A DNA stretch of 64,000 nt from Candidatus Moraniibacteriota bacterium (GCA_049304095.1 JBAQNU010000024.1:87644-151643); one strand, 5' to 3'. Numbered from the stretch's first letter, positions 46,750 through 56,065 are shown. Translations and numbers: made by a program. The notes: a model not told the origin generated them from the sequence alone.

Positions 46750-46771
46750 AAAAGAGCTTAAAAAATGCCCT

Positions 46772-46963
46772 ATGCAAAATAACAAAATTGTTCAATTTCT
46801 AAGAGAGGCCAAGGTGGAATTGCAAAAAGTTAACTGGCCAACCAAGCAGCAAACAATCAACTATACCTTGATTGTAATTGGAATTAGCGTGGCGATTTCT
46901 CTTTTTCTGGGTGGGCTAGATTTCATCTTTGAGTTTATTCTAAAAACATTCATTTTAAAGTAA
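46772..46963 (+). CDS. secE: Preprotein translocase subunit SecE
   Basis: 63-aa single-TM protein upstream of nusG. Confidence 0.8.
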   Translation: MQNNKIVQFLREAKVELQKVNWPTKQQTINYTLIVIGISVAISLFLGGLDFIFEFILKTFILK

Positions 46964-46991
46964 GTAAATTTAATTAGTTTTAGAGAAAACA

Positions 46992-47537
46992 ATGGCAAAA
47001 CAATCACAACATCATGGAAGGTCTTGGTATGTGCTGCATACCTATTCTGGTTATGAGGACAATGTGTCGCGTAACTTGAAACAAAGAATTGAATCGATGG
47101 ACATGCAGGAGTTCATTTTTGACGTTATGGTTCCGGTAGAAAAAAAGATTAAATTGAAAGGTGGAAAAAAGACCGTGATTGAAGAGCGCATCTATCCGGG
47201 CTATGTGCTTGTGGACATGATTGTAACAGATGCTTCATGGTATGTGGTGCGAAACACGCCTAATGTGACTGGCTTTATCGGCCTAGGCACAACCCCAACA
47301 CCAGTTGATCCACGCGAAATCGAAGCACTCAAAAAACGCATGGGTGTGGCTGAGCCAAAATACAAGATGGATGTGGCGGAAGGGGAGACAGTTAGGATTA
47401 TTGACGGACCGTTTAAGGATTTTGATGGAAAAGTAAGTGAAGTGGATGAAGAAAAGGGTCGCGTGAAGGTTTTGGTTTCTATCTTTGGTCGCGAAACTCC
47501 AGTTGAACTAGATTTCTTGCAAATTCATAAATTATAA
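46992..47537 (+). CDS. nusG: Transcription termination/antitermination factor NusG
   Basis: NGN domain [11 protein letters not shown] and C-terminal KOW motif. Confidence 0.9.
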   Translation: MAKQSQHHGRSWYVLHTYSGYEDNVSRNLKQRIESMDMQEFIFDVMVPVEKKIKLKGGKKTVIEERIYPGYVLVDMIVTDASWYVVRNTPNVTGFIGLGTTPTPVDPREIEALKKRMGVAEPKYKMDVAEGETVRIIDGPFKDFDGKVSEVDEEKGRVKVLVSIFGRETPVELDFLQIHKL

Positions 47538-47554
47538 TTTATAGCATTACACAT

Positions 47555-47980
47555 ATGGCCAAGAAAATTAAAACAGTAGTTAAATTACAAATCCAAGCCG
47601 GAAAAGCCAATCCAGCGCCTCCAGTCGGACCAGCCTTGGGACAGCACGGAATTAATATTGGTGATTTTTGCGCCAAGTTTAATGATGCAACCAAAGACAA
47701 AATGGGCGACATCATTCCAGCCGAAATCACAATCTATGAAGACAGAAGTTTTGACTTCATCTTAAAAACTCCTCCAGCATCAGACCTATTGCGAAAAGCA
47801 GCTGGCGTGGAAAAAGGTGCTGGCAATCCATTGAAAGATAAGGTTGGAAAAATCACTGCCGCAAAATTGCGAGAAATTGCGGAAAAGAAAATGAGTGACC
47901 TGAACGCCAATGACGTGGAAGCAGCGGAGAAAATTATCGCCGGAACTGCGCGTTCAATGGGAGTGAAAATTGAAGGGTAA
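47555..47980 (+). CDS. rplK: 50S ribosomal protein L11
   Basis: [35 protein letters not shown]. Confidence 0.95.
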   Translation: MAKKIKTVVKLQIQAGKANPAPPVGPALGQHGINIGDFCAKFNDATKDKMGDIIPAEITIYEDRSFDFILKTPPASDLLRKAAGVEKGAGNPLKDKVGKITAAKLREIAEKKMSDLNANDVEAAEKIIAGTARSMGVKIEG

Positions 47981-48032
47981 TTAACATTTAATCAGTGGGA
48001 GGCTAAAAAGTCGCTTGAACCACAAAAATCAT

Positions 48033-48722
48033 ATGACACACGGAAAAAAGTATCGGGCAGTTGCCGAAAAGCTTGATCGAGAAAAAAGCTATTCTTTGGA
48101 AGAGGCTTTGAAACTCGTTCGAGAAAACAAAATTGCCAAATTTGACGAATCAGTTGAGGTGCATATCAAAACTGGGATTGATCCGAAAAAAACTGACCAA
48201 CAAGTGCGCAGTGCGGTTTCTTTGCCACATGGCACAGGAAAGAACAAGAAAGTTGCTGTCATCACTTCGACGAGCGTTGAAGACGCTAAAAAAGCTGGAG
48301 CAGAAATCGTAGGCGGAGAAGAATTGATCGAAAGAATCAAAAATGGAAAAATCTTTTCTGAAGATGGAGGATTTGATGTTCTCGTCGCAACCCCTGAGAT
48401 GATGCCAAAACTGGCAATTGTCGCAAAAATTCTGGGACCCAAAGGCCTCATGCCAAACCCAAAAACGGAAACTGTAACGACTAAAATCAAGGAAACTGTA
48501 GACGCTTTGAAAAAAGGTCGCGCCGCTTATAAAACTGACAACTCTGGCAATATCCATCAAGTGGTGGGAAAATTATCTTTTACTGACGAAAAACTTTTGG
48601 AAAATATTAAAGCTTTCCTTGAGAGCGTGGAAAAAGTTAAGCCGGCCAGTCTTAAGGGCAAATTGGTGAGGAATCTATCACTTTGCTCTACAATGGGCGT
48701 CAGCTTCAAAATCACAATCTAG
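48033..48722 (+). CDS. rplA: 50S ribosomal protein L1
   Basis: L1 family; start set to MTHGKKYRAV. Confidence 0.9.
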   Translation: MTHGKKYRAVAEKLDREKSYSLEEALKLVRENKIAKFDESVEVHIKTGIDPKKTDQQVRSAVSLPHGTGKNKKVAVITSTSVEDAKKAGAEIVGGEELIERIKNGKIFSEDGGFDVLVATPEMMPKLAIVAKILGPKGLMPNPKTETVTTKIKETVDALKKGRAAYKTDNSGNIHQVVGKLSFTDEKLLENIKAFLESVEKVKPASLKGKLVRNLSLCSTMGVSFKITI

Positions 48723-48796
48723 TTCATATCACACAAAAATCTTTCAGTTTTAGCTGAAAATTTTTGTTTTTTGTCGCTTAATATTAAACAAAAAAT

Positions 48797-49360
48797 ATGC
48801 AAAAAAAAATAATCATTGGACTGATTGGGGAAAAAGGCGCGGGCAAAGGTACTGTGTCAGATCGCTTGATTGAGAAATATTCGGCAGTGCATTATGGCAC
48901 ATCCAAAATTTTGCGTCGCACACTAGAAGATCTGCATTTGCCTGTAACGCGTGATAATCTAATTAAACTTGCGCTAGTGCTCAAGGAAGGTTATGGTCCA
49001 TCAGTTATCATTGATTCTCTAATCCAGGATATGGAAAAAGACAGCGCGAATGTAATTATTGCTGATGGAATCAGAATGCATGGAGATGTGGAACCGTTTC
49101 GCAAAAAATATGGCGCTGATTTTTATTTGGTCTATGTGACAGCTGATTTGCAATTGCGCTACGCGCGCACAAAATTGCGCAAAGAAAAAATCGGCGAAGC
49201 CGATGCGACACTTGAACAATTCTTGGAAGAAGAGGGGAAGTTAACTGAAATTTCAATCCATGAAATTGGTAGAACGGCTGAATTTAAGATAAACAACAAT
49301 GGTTCTTCTGAGAACCTGGGAAAGCAAGTGGACGAAATGATGCAACAACTTTTAGGCTAA
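48797..49360 (+). CDS. P-loop nucleotide/nucleoside kinase-like protein (adenylate/dephospho-CoA kinase superfamily)
   Basis: Walker A GLIGEKGAGKGTV; 187 aa; specific substrate not assignable. Confidence 0.4.
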   Translation: MQKKIIIGLIGEKGAGKGTVSDRLIEKYSAVHYGTSKILRRTLEDLHLPVTRDNLIKLALVLKEGYGPSVIIDSLIQDMEKDSANVIIADGIRMHGDVEPFRKKYGADFYLVYVTADLQLRYARTKLRKEKIGEADATLEQFLEEEGKLTEISIHEIGRTAEFKINNNGSSENLGKQVDEMMQQLLG

Positions 49361-49903
49361 AATCATTTTTTCAATTATCTGAAAAATAGCTGGCTTGGTT
49401 TTTTCGATTTTTTCCTGCTCAGCTTTGGTCAATTTTCCCAAAACAAAATCACTCGTTTCTATTGGCGAAGGCGCAGATGCGTCTTCGTTTTTGTTTCCAA
49501 TGCCAACGCGCAAACGAGCAAATCTTTTAGTGCCCAGCACATCGATGATATTTTGCACTCCGTTGTGTCCAGCCGAAGACGATTCAACTGCCAGGCGAAA
49601 GTCTCCACACGAGATATCTTTGTCATCATGCAAGACTAAAAGATCTTCTGGTGTTAATTTGTAGAACGCCAAAATCTTTTGCACCGCCGTGCCAGAAAGA
49701 TTCATAAAAGTGTGCGGTTTAACAAGAATCACTTTTTCACCACCACGCACCGCTTGAGAAATCTCCGCTTCTATTTTTTTTTGCAAAGCAAATATTGGAA
49801 ATTGCCATTCTGCTTGCAATTGATCCAGCAAAAAAAAGCCCACGTTATGCCGCGTTCCCTCATATTTTTGACCAGGATTGCCCAGGCCGACAATTAGTTT
49901 CAT
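49352..49903 (-). CDS. pth: Peptidyl-tRNA hydrolase
   Basis: MKLIVGLGNPGQKYEGTRHNVGF. Confidence 0.9.
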   Translation of the reverse strand: MKLIVGLGNPGQKYEGTRHNVGFFLLDQLQAEWQFPIFALQKKIEAEISQAVRGGEKVILVKPHTFMNLSGTAVQKILAFYKLTPEDLLVLHDDKDISCGDFRLAVESSSAGHNGVQNIIDVLGTKRFARLRVGIGNKNEDASAPSPIETSDFVLGKLTKAEQEKIEKTKPAIFQIIEKMILA

Positions 49904-49907
49904 ATTT

Positions 49908-51413
49908 TTAATTAGTTGGATTAGTCAAATAATCTTCGGTCTCTTGTGCTTTTTTGAAATCTTCAATTGAGTCTTCTGCCATATTGTAACGCGAAATCAA
50001 ATCCTTGCCAATAACTAGCACGATTTCTGCTTGATTTTTTTCACCAAGTTGACGATAACGTTCTGGCAAAGCATAGGAAACACTGGCCGGAAGTTTCAAG
50101 GCTAACTCATCAAGTGTGAAAGGCTTAATTCCGTCAGTCAAATCATAGACAAAAGTTGTGTTCTCGCTATCAGCATTCGCGTCATCCATAACAGAAACTT
50201 TTTGATAGGTTAGATTTTCACCCAGCATCTTTTTTATTTTTGGAGTAATTGTATTGTCACCGCTCTTATTAATCAAAATGATTGACGCGTTCTCCTTGGC
50301 AATTTCTGCTCGACGTCTTTTGATCACATTGAGATCAAAAATATTTTGTGCCAAATCTTCGATTTCACTATAATTTCCCACACGAGGAATAAGCACAAAA
50401 GCGAGAACGTCCCCATAGAGAATATGCGAGACGCGCAGAAGACTATCAGGATTCCAGGCATCCACGGCTGCATTGGAAATATTTACCGTGTCCAATTTTT
50501 TAGTCAACTCAAAAAAATCACTTAATTCTTCCTGGGAAAGATTGGTTTTGATATTATCGCCCAGGGTGTTAAATAGATTATTTAGGGTTGTTATATTAAA
50601 AAGGGTGCTGGTAGAAAAAACCTTGTTTTTGACTGCTTGGATGATCTGCTGTTGACGCCTAGAGCGCCCAAAATCGCCATCAGGGTCATCATGTCGCTCT
50701 CTGGCATATTTAAGCGCCATATCTCCATTTAGGTGCTGGAGGCCCTTTTTGAGCTCGAATGTCTCATAGCTATAATTTGCTCCGGGATAGCGCGGATCAT
50801 AAATATCCCGTTCATTAGTAATATTCACTCCGCCAATAGCATCAATGATTTTTTTAAAGCCATCAAAATTAAGCACAGCATAATAATCCACTTCTTGAGA
50901 AGTAATTCCTTTGACACTGGTTAATAGTGGAGTAATTGCTTCGCTATCATTTTTAGCATTATTTAGTCCCGCCTGGTAGATAGCATTTATTTTCATATTC
51001 ATATCTGGAACATAAAAATCCCGTGGCAAAGAAAGCAAGGCTACTTGGTTGGTCTTGAGATTAATACTCAAAAGAATGACTGTGTCGGTTAGGTTCTGTC
51101 CGGGCTTACCCTTTCCGGCCACGCCCAAAAGCAGTACATTGATTCGTCCGTCTGCGGATTTCTTTAAATTTATCTCTTTACTTTCCACTGATTTCACAAG
51201 GGAGTTAATAGTGCTGAAAATTCCGACTGATTTGCTGTCACTGACCCGATTGCTCAGAGAGTTTATTCTATAGAGCAAAAAAGCGCCATAGGCAATTGCG
51301 CCAACTAAAATTAGCAAAATAAGCCACAGAATTATTTTGACCACTATTTTTCGTGCTGTCATCTCTAAATCATACCCCAAAAAAACCCCAATCGTCAAAT
51401 CGTGGCTTAACAA
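49908..51413 (-). CDS. LytR-CpsA-Psr (LCP) family cell-envelope glycopolymer transferase with C-terminal LytR_C-like extension
   Basis: N-terminal TM; LCP motif YARERHDDPDGDFGRSRRQQQI. The true start may be the internal MTARK. Confidence 0.75.
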   Translation of the reverse strand: MLSHDLTIGVFLGYDLEMTARKIVVKIILWLILLILVGAIAYGAFLLYRINSLSNRVSDSKSVGIFSTINSLVKSVESKEINLKKSADGRINVLLLGVAGKGKPGQNLTDTVILLSINLKTNQVALLSLPRDFYVPDMNMKINAIYQAGLNNAKNDSEAITPLLTSVKGITSQEVDYYAVLNFDGFKKIIDAIGGVNITNERDIYDPRYPGANYSYETFELKKGLQHLNGDMALKYARERHDDPDGDFGRSRRQQQIIQAVKNKVFSTSTLFNITTLNNLFNTLGDNIKTNLSQEELSDFFELTKKLDTVNISNAAVDAWNPDSLLRVSHILYGDVLAFVLIPRVGNYSEIEDLAQNIFDLNVIKRRRAEIAKENASIILINKSGDNTITPKIKKMLGENLTYQKVSVMDDANADSENTTFVYDLTDGIKPFTLDELALKLPASVSYALPERYRQLGEKNQAEIVLVIGKDLISRYNMAEDSIEDFKKAQETEDYLTNPTN

Positions 51414-51510
51414 AGAGGAAAAAAGGCCTTGCCAAGCAAATAAATTTCTGCTATGCTTAGAATGTTGTTTCGCCTAAGCTAAACCACACTAAGCAGTAGC
51501 TTGCCAAAGA

Positions 51511-52146
51511 ATGGAATTACACAATAAAATCGACGAACCTAACAAAAGCAACGATTCAGAGTATGTCGGCGTAGGTGGTTTTGTTTTGGAGGTGATCAAG
51601 ATTATTCTGCTCGCTTTTTTTATCATCGTGCCAATTCGTGTTTTCTTGTTCCAACCTTTTTTTGTGCAAGGCGCTTCAATGGAACCAAATTTTGAAAATG
51701 AGCAATACCTCATCATCAACGAACTGGGTTACAAAAAAACTACCATCGGAATCAGTGACATCAATTTTTTCTCCGTCAATCCGTTTCGCAAAATTGAACG
51801 AGAAAAAGTTTTGGTTTTTCGCTATCCAAGAGATCCTAAGAAATATTTTATCAAGCGTGTTATTGGACTGCCTGGTGAAAAAATAGAAATTAAAAATGGA
51901 GTTGTTACAATTTTCAACACAGATCATCCCGAGGGCTTTGCTCTTGATGAAAGAGCCTACCTAGCACCCGAAGTCAAAACTGCCGGCGACATTGTCCTGA
52001 CACTTAAAAATAATGAATATTATATGCTAGGCGATAATCGCACTGCCAGCTCTGACTCCCGCTTTTGGGGACCCGTTACGGATGATCTGATTGTTGGAGA
52101 AGTGCTACTTCGCGCCTGGCCACTGACTGAAATTAAAACATTCTAG
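51511..52146 (+). CDS. lepB: Signal peptidase I
   Basis: GASMEPNF (S box), K box, GDNRTASSDSRFWGPV. Confidence 0.85.
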   Translation: MELHNKIDEPNKSNDSEYVGVGGFVLEVIKIILLAFFIIVPIRVFLFQPFFVQGASMEPNFENEQYLIINELGYKKTTIGISDINFFSVNPFRKIEREKVLVFRYPRDPKKYFIKRVIGLPGEKIEIKNGVVTIFNTDHPEGFALDERAYLAPEVKTAGDIVLTLKNNEYYMLGDNRTASSDSRFWGPVTDDLIVGEVLLRAWPLTEIKTF

Positions 52147-52176
52147 TTTATATATCTCTAATTAAAATGCATCTTT

Positions 52177-53592
52177 ATGATTAAACTGAAAAAAGCGCCC
52201 GCCAAAGAAAAAGCTTCCAAGCCAATTAAAAAGGCTGTGGTTGGGAAAAAAGTCAAAGCAGAAAAAGCCAAAGAAGAGCCCCTAGTTCTTCAGACGCTTC
52301 GCGGAATGAAAGATGTCGTACCAGAAGAACAGCCCTATTGGGATCAAGTACGCCGAGTTAGCGAACGTTTGGCACGTGACTATGGTTTTTCCCGTCTTGA
52401 CACTCCTATTGCGGAATTTAGCAATCTATTTGTCCGCAGTATTGGTGAAGGCACAGATATTGTGGAAAAAGAAATGTATTCTTTCGTTACTCGTGGTGGA
52501 GATAAAATTGCCCTTCGTCCAGAATTGACCGCTGGCAATTGTCGCGCCTACATCCAACACGGAATGCACACGATGCCAAAGCCAGTCAAGATTTTTTCCA
52601 CCGGCCCAGTCTATCGCTACGAAAGACCCCAAGAAGGTCGCTATCGCGAACATCACCAAATTAATTTTGACGCTTTTGGTGAACAAGATCCAATTTTGGA
52701 CGCGCAAATAATTCAAATTGCCCACCGATTGGTCCAATGTTTGGGCATAAAAACAATTCAAATTCAAGTTAATTCTATCGGATGCCCAGTTTGTCGCAAA
52801 AATTATCGCGATTTACTTATCAACTATCTTGAGTCTAGAAAAAGCAAGCTTTGTCAAGATTGCAAACGAAGATTGGAGCTAAACCCTTTGCGCGTATTGG
52901 ATTGCAAGGAGGACAAATGTTCTCAAATAGCTGCCACAGCGCCTCAATCTGTGGATCACTTATGTGAAGAATGTCGCGTGCACTTCAAAACTCTTTTGGA
53001 ATATCTCGATGAGTTAGCGTTGCCCTATACCATCAATCCACATCTAGTGCGTGGCTTGGATTATTACACTAAAACTGTCTTCGAAGTTCTCTCTGGACAA
53101 GAAGAAGGAAAGCAAAGCGCCCTTTTTGGTGGTGGTCGCTATGATCGTCTCATGAAAACGATGGGCGGCGAAGACACGCCAGCGATTGGCTTTGGCATGG
53201 GCATCGAACGGATCATTATGGAAATGAAGCGCGTTCAAGCAAAATCATACAAGCCTCTGCGACCACGTGTCTTTTTGGCTCAACTTGGCAACCTGGCAAA
53301 GAAGAAAAGTTTGCGCCTATTCGCCGAACTAGAAAAAAATGGTATTTTGGTGGCCGAAAGTTTTGGCCGAGGCAGTCTCAAATCTCAACTCAAAATTGCT
53401 AATCGTTTGGGGGCGGAAATTACTTTAATGCTGGGACAAAAAGAGGCATTGGACGGAACAGTAATTGTCAAAAATATGGCAACTGGCGCGCAAGAAACTG
53501 TTAGTATGGAAAAATTAGTTGATCTCATTAAGAAAAAACTAAAAACAGACAATGTAATTGTCTATCACAATGGTGACGGAGAGCATAACTAA
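52177..53592 (+). CDS. hisS: Histidine--tRNA ligase with Lys-rich N-terminal extension and Cys4-pair insertion
   Basis: Class II motifs including YRYERPQEGRYREHHQINFDAFG. N-terminal KKAPAKEKASKPIKKAVVGKKVKAEKAK. Insertion CPVCRK...CQDCKRR...CKEDKC...CEECRVHF. Confidence 0.85.
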   Translation: MIKLKKAPAKEKASKPIKKAVVGKKVKAEKAKEEPLVLQTLRGMKDVVPEEQPYWDQVRRVSERLARDYGFSRLDTPIAEFSNLFVRSIGEGTDIVEKEMYSFVTRGGDKIALRPELTAGNCRAYIQHGMHTMPKPVKIFSTGPVYRYERPQEGRYREHHQINFDAFGEQDPILDAQIIQIAHRLVQCLGIKTIQIQVNSIGCPVCRKNYRDLLINYLESRKSKLCQDCKRRLELNPLRVLDCKEDKCSQIAATAPQSVDHLCEECRVHFKTLLEYLDELALPYTINPHLVRGLDYYTKTVFEVLSGQEEGKQSALFGGGRYDRLMKTMGGEDTPAIGFGMGIERIIMEMKRVQAKSYKPLRPRVFLAQLGNLAKKKSLRLFAELEKNGILVAESFGRGSLKSQLKIANRLGAEITLMLGQKEALDGTVIVKNMATGAQETVSMEKLVDLIKKKLKTDNVIVYHNGDGEHN

Positions 53593-53612
53593 ACAAAAAC
53601 AATCATAAAAAT

Positions 53613-53972
53613 ATGTGTATTTTTTGTAAAATTATCAAAAAAGAGCTTCCTGCAGTCACAGTCTATGAGGACAATGATGTTTTGGCTTTCAAAGATGTGC
53701 GTCCACTCGCTCCAGTTCACATCCTCATTATCCCTAAAAAACACATCGAGAGCGTCAATGAATTAACGGAAAGCGATAACGAGCTAATAGGCAAATTAAT
53801 CCTCACCGCTAAGAAAATTGCCATTGACTTTGACATTTCGCCAAAAGGGTATAAACTACTATTTCGGGTCGGGGAGTGGGGCGGACAAGAAGTTCCCCAT
53901 ATTCACCTGCATCTGATTGGCGGAGTGCGACTATTTGAAAATATTCGCCCCTGGACAAATATTAAGGAATAA
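53613..53972 (+). CDS. HIT-family (HinT-like) nucleotide hydrolase
   Basis: Histidine triad HIHLHLIGG. Confidence 0.8.
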   Translation: MCIFCKIIKKELPAVTVYEDNDVLAFKDVRPLAPVHILIIPKKHIESVNELTESDNELIGKLILTAKKIAIDFDISPKGYKLLFRVGEWGGQEVPHIHLHLIGGVRLFENIRPWTNIKE

Positions 53973-53994
53973 AATTGTAGAAAGGAGGTTTTTT

Positions 53995-54249
53995 ATGATT
54001 GAAGTTAAAAGAAAAGATCGCGAAACACCAGAAAGTTTGATTCGCCGTTTTAGCCGAAGAATTCAACAAAGTGGCGTTTTGTCACGCGCGCGAAAAGTGC
54101 GTTTTCGAACTGATGAAAAAAGCAAAACTGAACTGCGCGCTGGCGCTATGTATAAAGTCAAGGTTCGCAAAGTGGTTAATCGATTGAAAAAAATCGGCAA
54201 GTTTGATGAACAAAATTTCAAAAACACGAAAAAGAAATTAATCAAGTAA
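53995..54249 (+). CDS. rpsU: 30S ribosomal protein S21
   Basis: MIEVKRKDRETPESLIRRFSRRIQQSGVL; preceded by a GGAGG ribosome-binding site. Confidence 0.75.
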   Translation: MIEVKRKDRETPESLIRRFSRRIQQSGVLSRARKVRFRTDEKSKTELRAGAMYKVKVRKVVNRLKKIGKFDEQNFKNTKKKLIK

Positions 54250-54260
54250 AAAATATCACT

Positions 54261-54713
54261 ATGTTAAAACAACAGCTACTTGATGAATTAAAAACAGCTA
54301 TGAAATCTGGCGATACCGCCAAAAGGGATGTTCTTCGCATGCTTGATTCAATGATTAAAAACGTTGAGATTGAAAAGCAAAAACGCGAAACAGGACTAAC
54401 TGATGAGGAAACGCTCGAAGTGATTGGTAAGGCCGTGAAACAAAGAAAAGACGCCGCAGCGCAATATTCCGCCGGTGGCAGAGCAGATTTGGCTGAAAAA
54501 GAACAAGCAGAAATTGCAATCCTCTCTGCCTATCTTCCAGCTCAACTGGACGAAGCGACTGTACGCGAAGCTGTGAAAGCGGTGATCGTCGAAACTGGCG
54601 CAACCAGCCCAACTGACATTGGACGCGTAATGGGCGCATCGATGGCAAAATTGAAAGGTCAGGCAGATGGTAATCTGGTGAAAAAAATCGCCGAAGAAGA
54701 ATTAGGAAAATAG
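54261..54713 (+). CDS. GatB/YqeY-domain protein
   Basis: MLKQQLLDELKTAMKSGDTAKRDVLRML matches the YqeY family. Confidence 0.75.
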   Translation: MLKQQLLDELKTAMKSGDTAKRDVLRMLDSMIKNVEIEKQKRETGLTDEETLEVIGKAVKQRKDAAAQYSAGGRADLAEKEQAEIAILSAYLPAQLDEATVREAVKAVIVETGATSPTDIGRVMGASMAKLKGQADGNLVKKIAEEELGK

Positions 54714-54730
54714 AGCCTCAAAAAAAATAA

Positions 54731-54766
54731 CAAAAACCGTTCTTTTTTTAGAACGGTTTTTGTGTT
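54731..54766. terminator. Intrinsic terminator aaaccgttc-ttttttta-gaacggttt followed by a T-rich tail
   Basis: 9-bp stem; A-run before and T-run after (bidirectional shape); follows the yqeY stop. Confidence 0.6.
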
Positions 54767-54777
54767 AATATGGTATT

Positions 54778-55320
54778 ATGAAACGAAAAATATTTATTAG
54801 CATCAATCTAGCAAGCCAAGTCAGGCGACGACTGATCAAAAGTTGTGCGAAATGGCAAACGCTTCCGGTGAAATGGACCAAGGAGGAAAATTTGCACGTT
54901 GAGCTGTTTTTCCTAGGCTACATCGATAATGACGTGGTGGCTGATGCTTGTCAAAAAGTGCAGGAAGCTGTCTGCGACATTGAACTATTTGATTTGGAGT
55001 TTGAAAAAATCATCCTCGCTCCCAGCGCTGAGAATCCACAAGAGTTTCGCGTCATTGGAAAAGCCAGCGAACAACTAAAAACTCTTCGCGAAGCAATTGA
55101 AAAAGAACTGGGAATTTTTATTGTGTCCAAAAAAGTTTTTTCTCCACACATCACTTTGGGGAAAATCCGCAAAGAAAAGTGGGCGGAGCTAGAAAACACG
55201 CCAGAAGTGAACGAAAAAGCCTCTTTCGCCGTCAGTGTCGAAGCTGTGGACATTATGGCCAGTCATTTTGATGAAGGGAAAAATAGTTTTGTTTTGATTG
55301 AGAGTTGTCCTCTGAAATAA
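54778..55320 (+). CDS. thpR: RNA 2',3'-cyclic phosphodiesterase (ThpR/LigT, 2H family)
   Basis: Two HxT/S motifs (HVELFF... and SPHITLGKI). Confidence 0.75.
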   Translation: MKRKIFISINLASQVRRRLIKSCAKWQTLPVKWTKEENLHVELFFLGYIDNDVVADACQKVQEAVCDIELFDLEFEKIILAPSAENPQEFRVIGKASEQLKTLREAIEKELGIFIVSKKVFSPHITLGKIRKEKWAELENTPEVNEKASFAVSVEAVDIMASHFDEGKNSFVLIESCPLK

Positions 55321-55321
55321 T

Positions 55322-56065
55322 ATGAAAATTTTAGGTGTGCGGGTAGATAATCTTTCTCAAAAAGAAATCCTCGAAAAAGTTGAGTGTTTTTTGAATGAAG
55401 AAAAGTTTCATCAGATTGCCACAGTTAATCCGGAATTTATCCTGGAAGCACAAGATAGTCCAGAGTTTAAAAATATTCTCAATAGTTGCGCGCTGAATGT
55501 GGCTGATGGATTTGGTGTTCGCTGTGCTTTTTGGCGCTTTGGTAAACATCTAACAGCTAGGATGACTGGAGCGGACTTGCTACAAGAAATTCTCAAAATT
55601 GCCAATGAAAAAAACCTGAAAGTGTTTTTAGCGATAAATAAAGATGGGCTTAGTAGTTTTGAAGAGATAAAAAAAGCAATCTTGAAAATTTATCCAAAAT
55701 TGCAAATAGAGGGTGCCAGCTTGGATTGCTATTCTCATGAAGACACAAAGCCCATCGCTCATTCTTTGGCATCTACACTGGATTCCCGCCTTCGCGGGAA
55801 TGACAAGTATATACTTTTTTGCAACTTCGGCGCTCCACATCAAGAAATCTTTCTTAATTCTCAAAAAGATGCTACAATACGCCTAGCGATGGGTGTGGGA
55901 GGATCCTTTGATTTTTTGACGGGAAAAGTCAGGCGCGCCCCGGTTTTTATGCGAACAATTGGCCTGGAATGGCTTTGGAGACTTGCTCAACAGCCTAGGC
56001 GTCTGCCAAGAATTCTGCGCGCCACAATTTTGTTTCCCCTGAGGATAATTTTTAATTTCAAATAA
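55322..56065 (+). CDS. WecG/TagA/CpsF-family glycosyltransferase (GT26) carrying an in-frame 9-codon insertion (LDSRLRGND)
   Basis: MKILGVRVDNLSQKEIL N-terminus and NFGAPHQE, GLEWLWRL motifs. The insertion is encoded by the palindromic element at 55778-55805. Confidence 0.8.
   Translation: MKILGVRVDNLSQKEILEKVECFLNEEKFHQIATVNPEFILEAQDSPEFKNILNSCALNVADGFGVRCAFWRFGKHLTARMTGADLLQEILKIANEKNLKVFLAINKDGLSSFEEIKKAILKIYPKLQIEGASLDCYSHEDTKPIAHSLASTLDSRLRGNDKYILFCNFGAPHQEIFLNSQKDATIRLAMGVGGSFDFLTGKVRRAPVFMRTIGLEWLWRLAQQPRRLPRILRATILFPLRIIFNFK
55778..55805 (+). repeat. GC-rich palindromic element ctggattcccgccttcgcgggaatgaca inside the wecG/tagA-family CDS, in frame
   Basis: 28-nt identical to 33308-33335. 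It sits between the conserved IHAS and ILFvnFGAPKQE blocks, where the E. coli WecG sequence (recalled from memory) has no equivalent residues. Confidence 0.6.

Noticed and set aside
47539-47730. 63-aa minus-strand ORF antisense to rplK, and many other 60-190-aa antisense ORFs inside well-supported genes (e.g. 21899-22468, 48089-48560, 40025-40661, 9588-10181)
   Set aside because: They sit entirely inside, and antisense to, conserved housekeeping genes, and have low-complexity or stop-poor translations typical of AT-rich antisense frames. No independent support.
53917-53994. 5' extension of the rpsU ORF (MAECDYLKIFAPGQILRNKIVERRFF)
   Set aside because: It overlaps the HIT gene. The S21 homology and a GGAGG ribosome-binding site support the start at 53995.
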